From the NCBI GenBank assembly GCA_041690355.1, contig JAWLHK010000005.1:186001-250000 (forward strand): a stretch of 64,000 nucleotides of DNA, given 5' to 3'. Below the pieces are notes generated by a model that did no database searches, had not been told where the DNA came from, and worked only from the letters and a program-made list of their open reading frames with translations. Positions 1 to 9,097 of this stretch are shown here, in pieces (the first letter of the stretch is position 1; each line of letters opens with the position of its first letter). Source of the stretch: a bacterium (lineage in GTDB: Bacteria > J088 > JAWLBW01). The translations under genes and the position numbers were made by a program.

Positions 1-102
1 GTCCGAACCCTCCAGGGCCTGGAAGTAGGGATAGAGTCCGGATTGGCGAACGAGTTCCGCATCGTGGAAGTCGTAGCACCGCTGGAAGACGTCTTTGCCC
101 AT
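1..102 (-). CDS. 5' part of a PLP-dependent alpha-oxoamine synthase (serine palmitoyltransferase/BioF-like), truncated by window edge
   Basis: Manual translation from ATG at 102: MGKDVFQRCYDFHDAELVRQSGLYPYFQALEGSD, with AGGAGG-like RBS upstream; DVF..C...GLYPYF resembles bacterial SPT N-termini; only 34 codons visible. Confidence 0.6.
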   Translation of the reverse strand, partial: MGKDVFQRCYDFHDAELVRQSGLYPYFQALEGSD

Positions 103-229
103 GCACCCTCCTTCTACAAGCATAGGTCCATTCGCGCCGCGATTGAACCCGCACGGGGTTGACTGTCTGGCGGGGGGTTGGCTAGGCTGGACAAGGCCCG
201 GCCGATCCCTCTCGTGAAAGGACCCTGTC

Positions 230-1087
230 ATGGCAGACGCACAGACGATGGACGCATTCCCCCGTCCGGCCACGGGCGGGCGCACGGTCTTCATCACGGG
301 GGCCGGCAACGGCATCGGGGCCGCCCTCGCCCGCCACTTCGCCGCCCGGGGCGACGCGGTGATCGGCACCGTGCGCGACGCTGAACGGGCACGGCGTTTG
401 ACTGCGGAGGCGCGCGAGCAGGGTCTGGGGATCGCCTACGTACCGCTCGAGCTGGCCGACGCCGCCTCGGTCGACGCCTGCGCAGAGTGCCTCCCCGCCG
501 AGGTGGACGTGCTCATCCACAATGCGGGCTTCGGGCTCTTCGGTTCGGTCGAGGAGGCCCAGGAAGAGGACGTGCGCCTGCAGTTCGAGGCGCACCTGTT
601 CGGCCCCCTGCGTCTTACGCAGCGGCTGCTCCCCGGGCTGCGGAAGCGCAAGGGGCGCATCCTGTGGGTCGGCAGTCTGGCCGGACGCTTCGCCGTCCCC
701 TACCAGGCCCACTATTCAGCCACGAAGGCGGCTATCGCCTCGATCAGCGACGCCATGCGCATGGAGCTGCGGCCGTTCGGCGTCCAGGTGAGCTGTGTGG
801 AGCCGGGAGATTTCAACACGGGCTTCACGGGCGCCCGCCGCCGCACGGCCTCTAAGGGTTCCCCCTACGCGGAATGGGAAGCGCGCTCCTTCGCGGCCGC
901 CGAGAAGACCGAGCGGGAAGCCCCGGATCCCGAGGCGCTCTTGCGGGCCGTCGAACGGCTGACGCGGATGCGCCGCATGCCCCCCCGCCTCCCCGTGGGC
1001 CGCTTCGCCCGCACCCTCGTTTTCCTCCAGCGCCTCCTGCCCGATGCGTTGCGGGAACGGATCGTGCGGGGGATTTACCATCAATGA
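230..1087 (+). CDS. SDR family oxidoreductase
   Basis: TGAGNGIG nucleotide-binding motif, HNAG, catalytic YSATK, VEPG. Confidence 0.92.
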   Translation: MADAQTMDAFPRPATGGRTVFITGAGNGIGAALARHFAARGDAVIGTVRDAERARRLTAEAREQGLGIAYVPLELADAASVDACAECLPAEVDVLIHNAGFGLFGSVEEAQEEDVRLQFEAHLFGPLRLTQRLLPGLRKRKGRILWVGSLAGRFAVPYQAHYSATKAAIASISDAMRMELRPFGVQVSCVEPGDFNTGFTGARRRTASKGSPYAEWEARSFAAAEKTEREAPDPEALLRAVERLTRMRRMPPRLPVGRFARTLVFLQRLLPDALRERIVRGIYHQ

Positions 1088-1100
1088 CAGCCTGACCCCT

Positions 1101-1708
1101 ACCGTTCGTGTCGAGCCGACAGTGGAAGGCAGAGCCTGGAACAACGGCGAGACAGCTCCGTGCGTACCCAGGCGGGCCCCTCGCTGTCGCGCTTCGCCCT
1201 GCTTCGCGCCGTCAGCTCGGGACGAACGGGAATGGCGTGATGCTTCCCAGCAGCTCCCTACCGTTCGTGTCGAGCCGACGGTGGAAGGCAGAGCCTGGAA
1301 CGACGGCGAGACAGCCCCGTGCGTACCCAGGCGGGTCCCTCGCTGTCGCGCTTCGCCCTGCTTCGCGCCGTCAGCTCGGGACGAACGGGAATGGCGTGAT
1401 GCTTCCCAGCAGCTCCCTACCGTTCGTGTCGAGCCGACGGTGGAAGGCAGAGCCTGGAACGACGGCGAGACAGCCCCGTGACGTACCCAGGCGGGCCCCT
1501 CGCTGTCGCGCTTCGCCCTGCTTCGCGCCGTCAGCTCGGGACGAACGGGAATGGCGTGATGCTTCCCAGTAGCTCCCGACCGTTCGTGTCGAGCCGACGG
1601 TGGAAGGCAGAGCCTGGAACGACGGCGAGACAGCCCCGTGCGTACCCAGGCGGGCCCCTCGCTGTCGCGCTTCGCCCTGCTTCGCGCCGTCAGCTCGGGA
1701 CGAACGGT
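1101..1708. repeat. Tandem array of 4 copies of a 128-bp imperfect palindromic (REP/REPIN-like) element, period 159-160 bp
   Basis: accgttcgtgtcgagccgac recurs at 1101, 1260, 1419, 1579; each unit ends ccgtcagctcgggacgaacgg, an imperfect reverse complement of its start; 31-bp near-identical linkers. Confidence 0.95.
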
Positions 1709-1734
1709 GCCCACCAGCGCCCACTGCCCCCCAG

Positions 1735-1763
1735 TTGCCACGCTCGACCAAACGGTGCACAAT
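1735..1763 (+). promoter_or_regulatory. Possible sigma70 promoter for purT (near-leaderless)
   Basis: TTGCCA-17bp-CACAAT ending just before ATG 1773; no obvious RBS. Confidence 0.45.
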
Positions 1764-1772
1764 TGATCCCCC

Positions 1773-2951
1773 ATGTCACGCATCGGCACCCCCCTGCGCA
1801 AAGGCGCAACCAGAATGCTCCTGCTCGGCGCCGGCGAACTCGGGAAAGAGGTCGCCCTCGAGGCCATGCGCCTCGGCGTCGAAGTCGTCGCCTGCGACCG
1901 CTACGCCGATGCCCCGGCCATGCAGATCGCCCACCGGTCGCATGTCTTCGACATGCTCGACGCCGGCCAGGTGCGCAGCATCATCCTGCGCGAACAACCC
2001 GATTTCATCGTTCCCGAGATCGAGGCCATCGCCACCCCCGAGCTGCTCGAGCTTGAGAACGAAGGGTTCACGGTCATCCCCACGGCGCGCGCCGCCCGGC
2101 TGACCATGGACCGCGAGGGGATCCGCCGGCTCGCCGCCGAAGAGCTCGGCCTGCGCACCGCCGCCTACCGGTTCGCCGATACGGAAGCGGAACTGCGCGC
2201 CGCCGCTACGGAACTCGGATTCCCCGTCGTCATCAAGCCGGTCATGTCGAGCTCGGGCAAAGGGCAGAGCACCGTGCGCCACGAAGCGGATCTCGAGGCG
2301 GCCTGGGCGGTTGCGCAACAGGGGAAACGGGGACGCGAAGCGCGCGTCATCGTCGAAGCCTTCGTCCGCTTTCACACCGAAATCACGCTGCTCACGGTGC
2401 GCACGGCCCAGGGGACCCTCTTCTGCCCCCCCATCGGTCACCTGCAGAAAGACGGCGACTACGTCGAAAGCTGGCAGCCGCAGCCGATGTCCCAGGTTGA
2501 ACTGGAAGAGGCGCAGCGGATCGCGAAAGCCGTCACCGACAACCTCGGCGGCCGCGGCATCTTCGGCGTGGAACTTTTTCTTGCGGATGACGGCGTCTAC
2601 TTCTCCGAGGTTTCGCCGCGCCCCCACGACACCGGCATGGTCACCCTCATCACCCAGAACCTGAGCGAGTTCGCGCTGCACGTGCGTGCCATCCTCGGCC
2701 TGCCGATTCCGAACATCGACGTTCCCCGGCCGGGGGCCAGCGCGGCCATCCGCGCGACCGAAACCATCCATGCGCCGTCGTTCTACGGGGTCGCCGATGC
2801 GCTCAAGGAACCCGATACGCAGCTGCGGATCTTCGGGAAGCCGTACAGCATGCCGAAGCGGCGCATGGCTGTCGCCCTGGCGCTCGGCGACGACGTCGAG
2901 TCCGCCCGCGACAAGGCCCGCCGCGCGGCGGAAGTCATCGACATCCGCTGA
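1773..2951 (+). CDS. purT: Formate-dependent phosphoribosylglycinamide formyltransferase
   Basis: [50 protein letters not shown] motifs; 392 aa ATP-grasp. Confidence 0.97.
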   Translation: MSRIGTPLRKGATRMLLLGAGELGKEVALEAMRLGVEVVACDRYADAPAMQIAHRSHVFDMLDAGQVRSIILREQPDFIVPEIEAIATPELLELENEGFTVIPTARAARLTMDREGIRRLAAEELGLRTAAYRFADTEAELRAAATELGFPVVIKPVMSSSGKGQSTVRHEADLEAAWAVAQQGKRGREARVIVEAFVRFHTEITLLTVRTAQGTLFCPPIGHLQKDGDYVESWQPQPMSQVELEEAQRIAKAVTDNLGGRGIFGVELFLADDGVYFSEVSPRPHDTGMVTLITQNLSEFALHVRAILGLPIPNIDVPRPGASAAIRATETIHAPSFYGVADALKEPDTQLRIFGKPYSMPKRRMAVALALGDDVESARDKARRAAEVIDIR

Positions 2952-3028
2952 GCGGTTCGACGCAGCGCGTCTTGCGACGGCCGCTCCGTCCCTGTAAGCT
3001 CTCGAAACGCCTGCCCCCCGGGAGCCGC

Positions 3029-3922
3029 ATGTTTCGCACCGTTCTTTACGTTGCCGCTCTGCTCGTCCTGGCCGCGCCCCCTTGCCGGGCCGACGGACCT
3101 GCGCCCCTGACGCCGCAAGCGGTGACCTACACGGCCGCCGCCGAACTTCGCGACCGGCTCTCGCAGTGGTCGCTCGAGAGGCGGGCCGAACTCCTTCTCG
3201 CACTGACGACCTCAGGCATCGCCACGCAGCTCGACGAAGTACGGCTGATCGCGGTGTTGCAGGGGACCGGCCCCGATGCCGCCGTCGAAGCGACCCGCCG
3301 TTATCTGGCCGACCGGCCCACCTACGAGGCGATCTTCCTCAAGCAGGAGCGCGTCAAGGGGCGCTGGCCCGAGGTGCCCGACCGGATTCTCATCCGTGTC
3401 CGTTCGCAGCCGTTCGGGCTGTATGGAAAGTGGCTCAGCGGCGGGCGCCACGAAGGGCTGCAGATCTTTCACGACGCCACGCGCGATCCCGGGAACATCC
3501 GCGCGCACGTGGGCGGCTTTCTCTCGTTCATCAAGGTGACGCTGCCGCTCGATCACTGGGCCGTCCGGCGCGACACCAATCATCGCGTCACCGACATGGG
3601 GCTCGCCGCAACCAACCAGCTCCTCGCCGATGATCTGCGCAAACTGCGGGCAGCCGCGTCGCCGACCGAGGCCAAGAGCATCCGCCTGGTTACGCACCGG
3701 GGGAGACGGGTCGTCGAGCTGCGCTATGAACACCCCGGGCCGCCGGTTTCCTACGCCCACGGGGCACGCGTCCTTTACGATCTGGAGGAACCGATTCCCC
3801 GCCTGCTCGAGCTGTATGATGCCGAGGGGACCCTGGCCGAGTACTTCGAGTTCGAATCGATTACGTGGAAGGAGCTCGGGACCGAAGCCTTCGACCCCGA
3901 GAACCCCGATTACGATTCCTAA
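3029..3922 (+). CDS. Secreted DUF1571-like protein
   Basis: Signal peptide from ATG 3029; FLKQER..G, QPFGLYGKWL, NHRVTDMGL, C-terminal FDPENPDY. Confidence 0.65.
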   Translation: MFRTVLYVAALLVLAAPPCRADGPAPLTPQAVTYTAAAELRDRLSQWSLERRAELLLALTTSGIATQLDEVRLIAVLQGTGPDAAVEATRRYLADRPTYEAIFLKQERVKGRWPEVPDRILIRVRSQPFGLYGKWLSGGRHEGLQIFHDATRDPGNIRAHVGGFLSFIKVTLPLDHWAVRRDTNHRVTDMGLAATNQLLADDLRKLRAAASPTEAKSIRLVTHRGRRVVELRYEHPGPPVSYAHGARVLYDLEEPIPRLLELYDAEGTLAEYFEFESITWKELGTEAFDPENPDYDS

Positions 3923-5184
3923 TTCGGCGCCGGCTCGGGCGTGCAGCGCGCGATCGTGTGCTCGTCGATGATCCGCCCCGCGTCGTCAATCGCCTTCCAG
4001 CGAAAGTTGCACGCGTCGACGGAGGCCTGCACGAAGTGGAAGGCCGCAATGCCCACGGCCTGCAGGGGACCCGGTTCCACCTCGTAAAGAAATGCACCCC
4101 CGCCCCCCGTCACGACATACGTCACGCCCCCCTTCTCCGTCGCCGTCGTGAACCCGCCGCGAATGGGCACCGATCGCTCGTAGAAGTGATTGTGCCCGTT
4201 GAAGACCACCTGCACGCCGTGCGCCTCGAGCAGGGGAACGATCTTCTCGAGGGCGTCGCCATCCCCCCCGTGCTTGGGGCTGTAGGTGTACGGCGGGTGG
4301 TGGAAGAAGGCGACCTTCCACGGCTTCTTCGTGGCGGCCAGATCGGCGGCGAGCCAGTCGAGCATGTCGTTGGCGCGCATGTCGCTCGTGCGTGACAGCG
4401 CCCCTTCGCTGTCGAGCGAGACGAAGTGCACAGGGCCCCAGTCGAAGCTGTAGTAACGCTCCTGATCCTCGACCGAAAGCGCCTGCCGCGGCAGCACGAA
4501 GTTGGCCAGGTACGGGGTCGCCTCGAGCGTCTTGTAGTCGTGATTGCCCGGGCTCGGATAAAAGGGGAGGCGGTGGAACAGGTCGCCGTAGACGTTGAAG
4601 ACGGCGGCCTCGAAGTCGACCCACCCGCCGTCGGGATAGGCGTTGTCGCCGGTGCTGATCCAGAAGTCGGCCTCGTCCCGGCGCGCGAGCATCTGCTCGA
4701 GCACGGCCCGTTGCCCGCCGATGAATGCGCCATAGTCGCCGAGGACGAAGAAGCGGGCCGTGGCGTCCTCCGATTCCGCCGCCGTGCGGAATCGGAGCCC
4801 CCGCGCGAGCACCTTGCTCCCGCGCGCCGGCGCGTAGCAGTACTCCGTGTCCGGCTCGAGGCCGGTCAGCCGCGCCGTGTGCAGCAGGATCGGAAGTCCC
4901 TGCGAGGGGATGGGGGCCGAGGTCTCCGCATCCGCTTCACGCAGCGTCCTCCCCGGGACGGCGAAGTGCACTACGCCGCCGTCGAGATCGCGATCGCCCC
5001 AGACGACAACCGCCTCGCGCCCGGTCACCGACTGCAGATACGGCTTGCGCACGAGGTCGTCGCTGAGTTCGGGTTCGCCGTCGCACACGACGATCTCGGG
5101 TTCGGCATCCACGCTGCAGGCCGCCGGCAGTGCGAAGGCCAGGACGGCGAGAAACATCTTCGAGGAAACAGTACGCCGGTTCAT
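3919..5184 (-). CDS. Purple acid phosphatase-like metallophosphoesterase lipoprotein
   Basis: Lipobox LPAAC; FN3-like GLEPDTEY; GDYG, GDNAY, GNHDY, HHPPY, GHNHFYER motifs. Confidence 0.9.
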   Translation of the reverse strand: MNRRTVSSKMFLAVLAFALPAACSVDAEPEIVVCDGEPELSDDLVRKPYLQSVTGREAVVVWGDRDLDGGVVHFAVPGRTLREADAETSAPIPSQGLPILLHTARLTGLEPDTEYCYAPARGSKVLARGLRFRTAAESEDATARFFVLGDYGAFIGGQRAVLEQMLARRDEADFWISTGDNAYPDGGWVDFEAAVFNVYGDLFHRLPFYPSPGNHDYKTLEATPYLANFVLPRQALSVEDQERYYSFDWGPVHFVSLDSEGALSRTSDMRANDMLDWLAADLAATKKPWKVAFFHHPPYTYSPKHGGDGDALEKIVPLLEAHGVQVVFNGHNHFYERSVPIRGGFTTATEKGGVTYVVTGGGGAFLYEVEPGPLQAVGIAAFHFVQASVDACNFRWKAIDDAGRIIDEHTIARCTPEPAPN

Positions 5185-5274
5185 CCCTGACAGCCTACCC
5201 GGTATCCGCCGACGAGACCACTTTCGAGCGCTCGATACCGCGGCTTCGCCTGCTCTCATGCGGCTCCGCGCGGT

Positions 5275-5303
5275 TTGACACCCCCGGCGGGCCCTCTTAC
5301 AAT
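5275..5303 (+). promoter_or_regulatory. sigma70 promoter of bioB
   Basis: TTGACA-17bp-TACAAT, near-consensus, about 30 nt before ATG 5335. Confidence 0.8.
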
Positions 5304-5334
5304 GATGGTTTCACAAGGTGTACCCGGAGGCATC

Positions 5335-6312
5335 ATGCACCGTCCCACGCAACCGGCCCGCTACGACTGGACCCGCGACGAGATCGCCGAGATCTACCAC
5401 CGGCCCCTCCTGACCCTGATCATGGAGGCCAACGCGGTTCATCGCCGGTCGTTTCCGGATCCGACCGTGCAGATGTGCACCCTGCTCAGCATCAAGACGG
5501 GTTCGTGCCCCGAAGACTGCTCGTACTGCCCGCAGAGCGCCCACTACAAGACGGCGGTCGAGAAAGAGCCGCTCATGGAGGTCGACCACGTGCTCACCGA
5601 AGCCCGCAGGGCCAAGGAGAGCGGCGCGACACGGTTCTGCATGGGGGCCGCCTGGCGCGAGGTGCGCGACAACCAGCAGTTCGACGCCGTGCTCGACATG
5701 GTGCGCGGCGTGAGCGGCATGGGGATGGAAGCCTGCGTGACCCTCGGCATGCTGTCGGCGGACCAGGCCGCGAAGCTCAAGGACGCCGGCCTCACCTCCT
5801 ACAACCACAACCTCGACACCTCGCCCGAATACTACCCGCAGATCATCTCGACGCGCACCTACGAAGATCGTCTGCGCACCCTGCGCCACGTGCGCGAGGC
5901 GGGCATCACGGTCTGCTCCGGCGGTATCATCGGCATGGGGGAATCGGAAGCGGATCGCATCGGCCTCATTCACGAGCTCTCGAAGCAGGAACCGCACCCC
6001 GAGAGCGTGCCCATCAATGCGCTCGTCCCCGTCGAGGGGACGCCGTTGGCCGAACAGCAGAAGGTCGACGGCCTGCAGCTGGCCCGCATGATCGCGACGG
6101 CGCGCATCGTCATGCCGAACAGCATCGTGCGCCTCTCGGCGGGCCGCACGGGGCTCAGCGACGAAGCCCACGCCCTCTGCTTCCTGGCCGGCGCCAATTC
6201 GATCTTTGCCGGTGACCGTCTGCTCACCACGCCGAACCCGGCCGTCGACGAAGACCACAAGCTTCTCGGCCGTCTGGGCCTGCGCCCGATGGAAGGCCCG
6301 CAGCTCATCTGA
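5335..6312 (+). CDS. bioB: Biotin synthase
   Basis: Radical [39 protein letters not shown] before ATG 5335. Confidence 0.97.
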   Translation: MHRPTQPARYDWTRDEIAEIYHRPLLTLIMEANAVHRRSFPDPTVQMCTLLSIKTGSCPEDCSYCPQSAHYKTAVEKEPLMEVDHVLTEARRAKESGATRFCMGAAWREVRDNQQFDAVLDMVRGVSGMGMEACVTLGMLSADQAAKLKDAGLTSYNHNLDTSPEYYPQIISTRTYEDRLRTLRHVREAGITVCSGGIIGMGESEADRIGLIHELSKQEPHPESVPINALVPVEGTPLAEQQKVDGLQLARMIATARIVMPNSIVRLSAGRTGLSDEAHALCFLAGANSIFAGDRLLTTPNPAVDEDHKLLGRLGLRPMEGPQLI

Positions 6313-6367
6313 TCTCCCTTCCCCAGGATCGCCGGTGCACCGCGCACCGGCGGCCCCTGAGTCCCCT

Positions 6368-6940
6368 ATGTTCCCCGCCACCACGCTCCAGGAACTCGCC
6401 GATCTGCTCGCCCGGGGCGGGGTCATCGCCTATCCGACGGAAACGTTTTACGGACTGGGCTGCGACCCGGGGAATGCAGAGGCGGTCCGGCGGATCTTCA
6501 CGCTCAAGGGGCGCCCCGAGGGCAAGCCGTTGCCCATCCTGCTTCCCGAAGGGGATCCGGAACGATTCGGGTTCCGCATGACTCCAATAGCCCGCCGGCT
6601 GTCCGCCGCCTGGCCGGCGCCGCTCTCGCTCATCGTTCCCGCCGAAGGGTACCCCGACGAGGTCACGGCCGGGACCGGAACGCTGGCCGTGCGCCGCAGC
6701 CCGCACCCGTTCGTGGCGGCGCTAATGGAGCACTGGAAGCGGCCGCTGGTAAGTACGAGCGCGAACCTTACCGGGGAACCGGCGACCACGCGCGGCGCCG
6801 ACGTGTTCAGGGCCTTCGGCACCCGCCTCGCCTGCCTGGTCGACGGCGGCGACCTTCCCGGCCGCCTCGGTTCCACCATCGTCGACTGCACAGGGGCGGA
6901 TCCGGTGGTGGTTCGCGCAGGGGATTATCCGTTTCCCTGA
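6368..6940 (+). CDS. tsaC: L-threonylcarbamoyladenylate synthase (TsaC/Sua5/YrdC family)
   Basis: AYPTETFYGLG, KGRPEGKP, STSAN, STIVD motifs. Confidence 0.9.
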   Translation: MFPATTLQELADLLARGGVIAYPTETFYGLGCDPGNAEAVRRIFTLKGRPEGKPLPILLPEGDPERFGFRMTPIARRLSAAWPAPLSLIVPAEGYPDEVTAGTGTLAVRRSPHPFVAALMEHWKRPLVSTSANLTGEPATTRGADVFRAFGTRLACLVDGGDLPGRLGSTIVDCTGADPVVVRAGDYPFP

Positions 6941-7003
6941 CACGCGGATTGCGCCGCCCATTCGACACTTGCTATCGTGCAGATCAGGGAGCTGTGCTGC
7001 GCA

Positions 7004-7252
7004 GTGGCGAATCTCAGGCTCAAAATCGACAAGGAACTCCTCCGGCGCGTCAAGGTTGTCGCCGCGCGGCGTGGGGTTTCCCTCTCGCGACTCGTGGCCG
7101 AGTATCTTGAGGATTTCGTCCGCCACGATTCCGACTACGAATCCGCGAAGCAGGACGCCCTTCGCCTGCTGAACCAGGGCCTGCCCCTGGGAGGCACCCC
7201 CTGTCCCGCGAAAAGAGCCATGCGCGGAGCGGACGCGGCTGACAGGCCCTAG
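7004..7252 (+). CDS. Ribbon-helix-helix antitoxin-like protein (DUF6364/CopG-like), C-terminus possibly frameshifted
   Basis: NLRLKIDKELLRRVKVVAARRGVSLSRLVAEYL is an RHH signature; GTG start assumed. Confidence 0.7.
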   Translation: MANLRLKIDKELLRRVKVVAARRGVSLSRLVAEYLEDFVRHDSDYESAKQDALRLLNQGLPLGGTPCPAKRAMRGADAADRP

Positions 7253-7290
7253 GGGCTTCCCGCCGCAAGCGTTGACTTCCGTTCTAGCCG

Positions 7291-7332
7291 GCCATCGGCC
7301 ATTGACCATTGGGCATCGGGCATCGGGCATCG
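7291..7332 (+). repeat. Six degenerate heptamer tandem repeats
   Basis: gccatcg gccattg accattg ggcatcg ggcatcg ggcatcg. Confidence 0.75.
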
Positions 7333-7384
7333 CCGGACAGCGTCCCAGACGCTGTCCGGCAGGGTATGCTACCCTGACTGCGTC

Positions 7385-9097
7385 ATGGCTCACTCGGTGA
7401 CCGGTCTCCACATCTACTATTACTTCGGGCACCTGTGCGACTACCAGGCGTGGCGCACCGTGTTCGAAAAGCGCCCCCCCATCGACGATCCCGGCCTGCT
7501 GCTCCTGCTCGAACAGGGGCGGCGTAACGAAGCGGCATGGGTCGAGCATCTGCGCGAAGTCCACGGCGAGGTCCTCTCCCTGCAAGGGGGAACCATGGAA
7601 GAACGCGCCGAACGGACCCTCGCGGCCATGCGCGCCGGCGCCGCCGTGCTTCACAACGGCGTGCTCGACGGCGGACCCGCGGGGCAGACGCTCGCCACAC
7701 GCGCGGCCGGGCGGGGGCTCGACCTGCGCTTCCGCGGCGAGACCGATCTGCTGATCCGCGTCGACGGCATGCAGAGCGCCTTCGGGACCTGGGGCTACCG
7801 CGTCGTCGACGTGAAATCGAGCCGCACGGGGCGCCTCCCGCAGTTCATGCAGGTCGCCTACTACGATCGGTTGCTCGAAGGGGTGCAGGGCGCGAGCCAC
7901 GGGCGCGGCAGCGTCATCGTGTTCCCCGACGGCTCCGGCGGGCGCGCGCAGGAAGAGTTCTTCGATCTCGAGCCGCTCGCCCCCTCGTTGACGCTGTTTC
8001 TCGAAGAGCACCTCCCCGAGCTGCTCGCACGCAAGCCGGAGGAGATCGCCTATCACCTGGCGCCCCACTGCGCGCATTGCCTGTGGAACGATCACTGCCG
8101 GACCCGCGCCGAGACCGAGCGGGATCTTTCCCTCGTGCCCGGCATGCAGCCCGGTCACCGCCGCGCCTTCCGTCGTGCGGGGATCGACACCCTCGAGGCC
8201 CTGGCCGGCGTGACGGAACCGGTGCTCGAGGCGGTCGCGCGCGAAGCCCCCAGCGGCGGCGACACGGTGCGCCGTCTGCACGCGCAAGCGCTCACCCTGC
8301 GCGACGGGGCGGCCCGCCCGCGCATGTCGCTGCGCGACGCGGGGGCGCTCTGGCTGCTGGAGCGCAACCGTGTGGTGCGCGAGCCGTTCGAGGCGAACCG
8401 CCTGGCCGTGCTCGTCGATCTGGCCGGCGACGCGGTGGCCGGAACCGAGTCGGCCTGGGTGGTCCGCGTCGGCGACCACCCGCCCCAGAAGTTCCACGCC
8501 GGCGACGCGCGCGAAGAAGAGCTCGCCTTCGCGCGCTTTCTCGACGGCATGGCCCGCGTGCACGAGCGGACGAAAGGGCGCTTTACCGTGTTCCACGACG
8601 GGGGAGGCCTCGATCGCCGCCTCGAACGCCTGTTCGAGAAGTACCCTGCCGAAGGGCGCGGCGAGATCGTGCGCGAGACCATCGGGCGCATGGTCGACAT
8701 GGCCGCGCTGCTGCGCCGCTCCTTTCTCTTTCCCGTCACCACGGCGGCCCCCCGCGACGAGGTCGAGCTCTACCTGCAGGCCGGCGGCATTCTCCCCGAG
8801 CCAGCGCCCGCGACCCCGCTCGGGCTCGCGACGCACCTCGCCGAAACGGCCGGCGTGGCGCCGGACGAAGGGCTGGCGGAACTTACCGAGGCGGCCGCGC
8901 GCATCGGCATACGCCCCGATGCACTTCCGGAACGGCTCGAGCCCTTCATCGCGCTGCGCATGCACGCAGAGCGGCGGCACCCCTTCTGGATGGCGCTCGT
9001 CGAAGACCTGCAGATCCGCCGGCTCGCCCGGCTGCAGACGGCGCTGCGTCTGCTGCGCATGGCGGCGCCCGAGCGTACCGAGGCGGCCCATGCTTGA
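7385..9097 (+). CDS. TM0106-like RecB/Cas4-family PD-(D/E)xK nuclease with Fe-S cysteines, HhH and degenerate RNase H-like domain
   Basis: GETDLL...VVDVKSS...QVAYY nuclease motifs; N-terminal Cys plus CAHCLWNDHC; LSLVPGM...GIDTLEAL HhH. Confidence 0.8.
   Translation: MAHSVTGLHIYYYFGHLCDYQAWRTVFEKRPPIDDPGLLLLLEQGRRNEAAWVEHLREVHGEVLSLQGGTMEERAERTLAAMRAGAAVLHNGVLDGGPAGQTLATRAAGRGLDLRFRGETDLLIRVDGMQSAFGTWGYRVVDVKSSRTGRLPQFMQVAYYDRLLEGVQGASHGRGSVIVFPDGSGGRAQEEFFDLEPLAPSLTLFLEEHLPELLARKPEEIAYHLAPHCAHCLWNDHCRTRAETERDLSLVPGMQPGHRRAFRRAGIDTLEALAGVTEPVLEAVAREAPSGGDTVRRLHAQALTLRDGAARPRMSLRDAGALWLLERNRVVREPFEANRLAVLVDLAGDAVAGTESAWVVRVGDHPPQKFHAGDAREEELAFARFLDGMARVHERTKGRFTVFHDGGGLDRRLERLFEKYPAEGRGEIVRETIGRMVDMAALLRRSFLFPVTTAAPRDEVELYLQAGGILPEPAPATPLGLATHLAETAGVAPDEGLAELTEAAARIGIRPDALPERLEPFIALRMHAERRHPFWMALVEDLQIRRLARLQTALRLLRMAAPERTEAAHA

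Noticed and set aside
1101-1708. CRISPR array interpretation of the repeats
   Set aside because: Repeats are 128 bp, the 31-bp linkers are nearly identical rather than unique, and there is no cas operon
1044-2103. ORFs spanning the repeat array
   Set aside because: Artefacts of a 159-bp (multiple of 3) period, present in several frames and broken by the 1-bp insertion in copy 3
8370-9089. N-terminal extension of the 905-aa helicase ORF
   Set aside because: Overlaps the nuclease in another frame and reads as shadow sequence; ATG 9090 has an RBS and a typical coupling overlap
7385-9097. CRISPR-associated cas4
   Set aside because: Cas4-like motifs lie within a 570-aa TM0106-like architecture; no cas1/cas2 or array nearby
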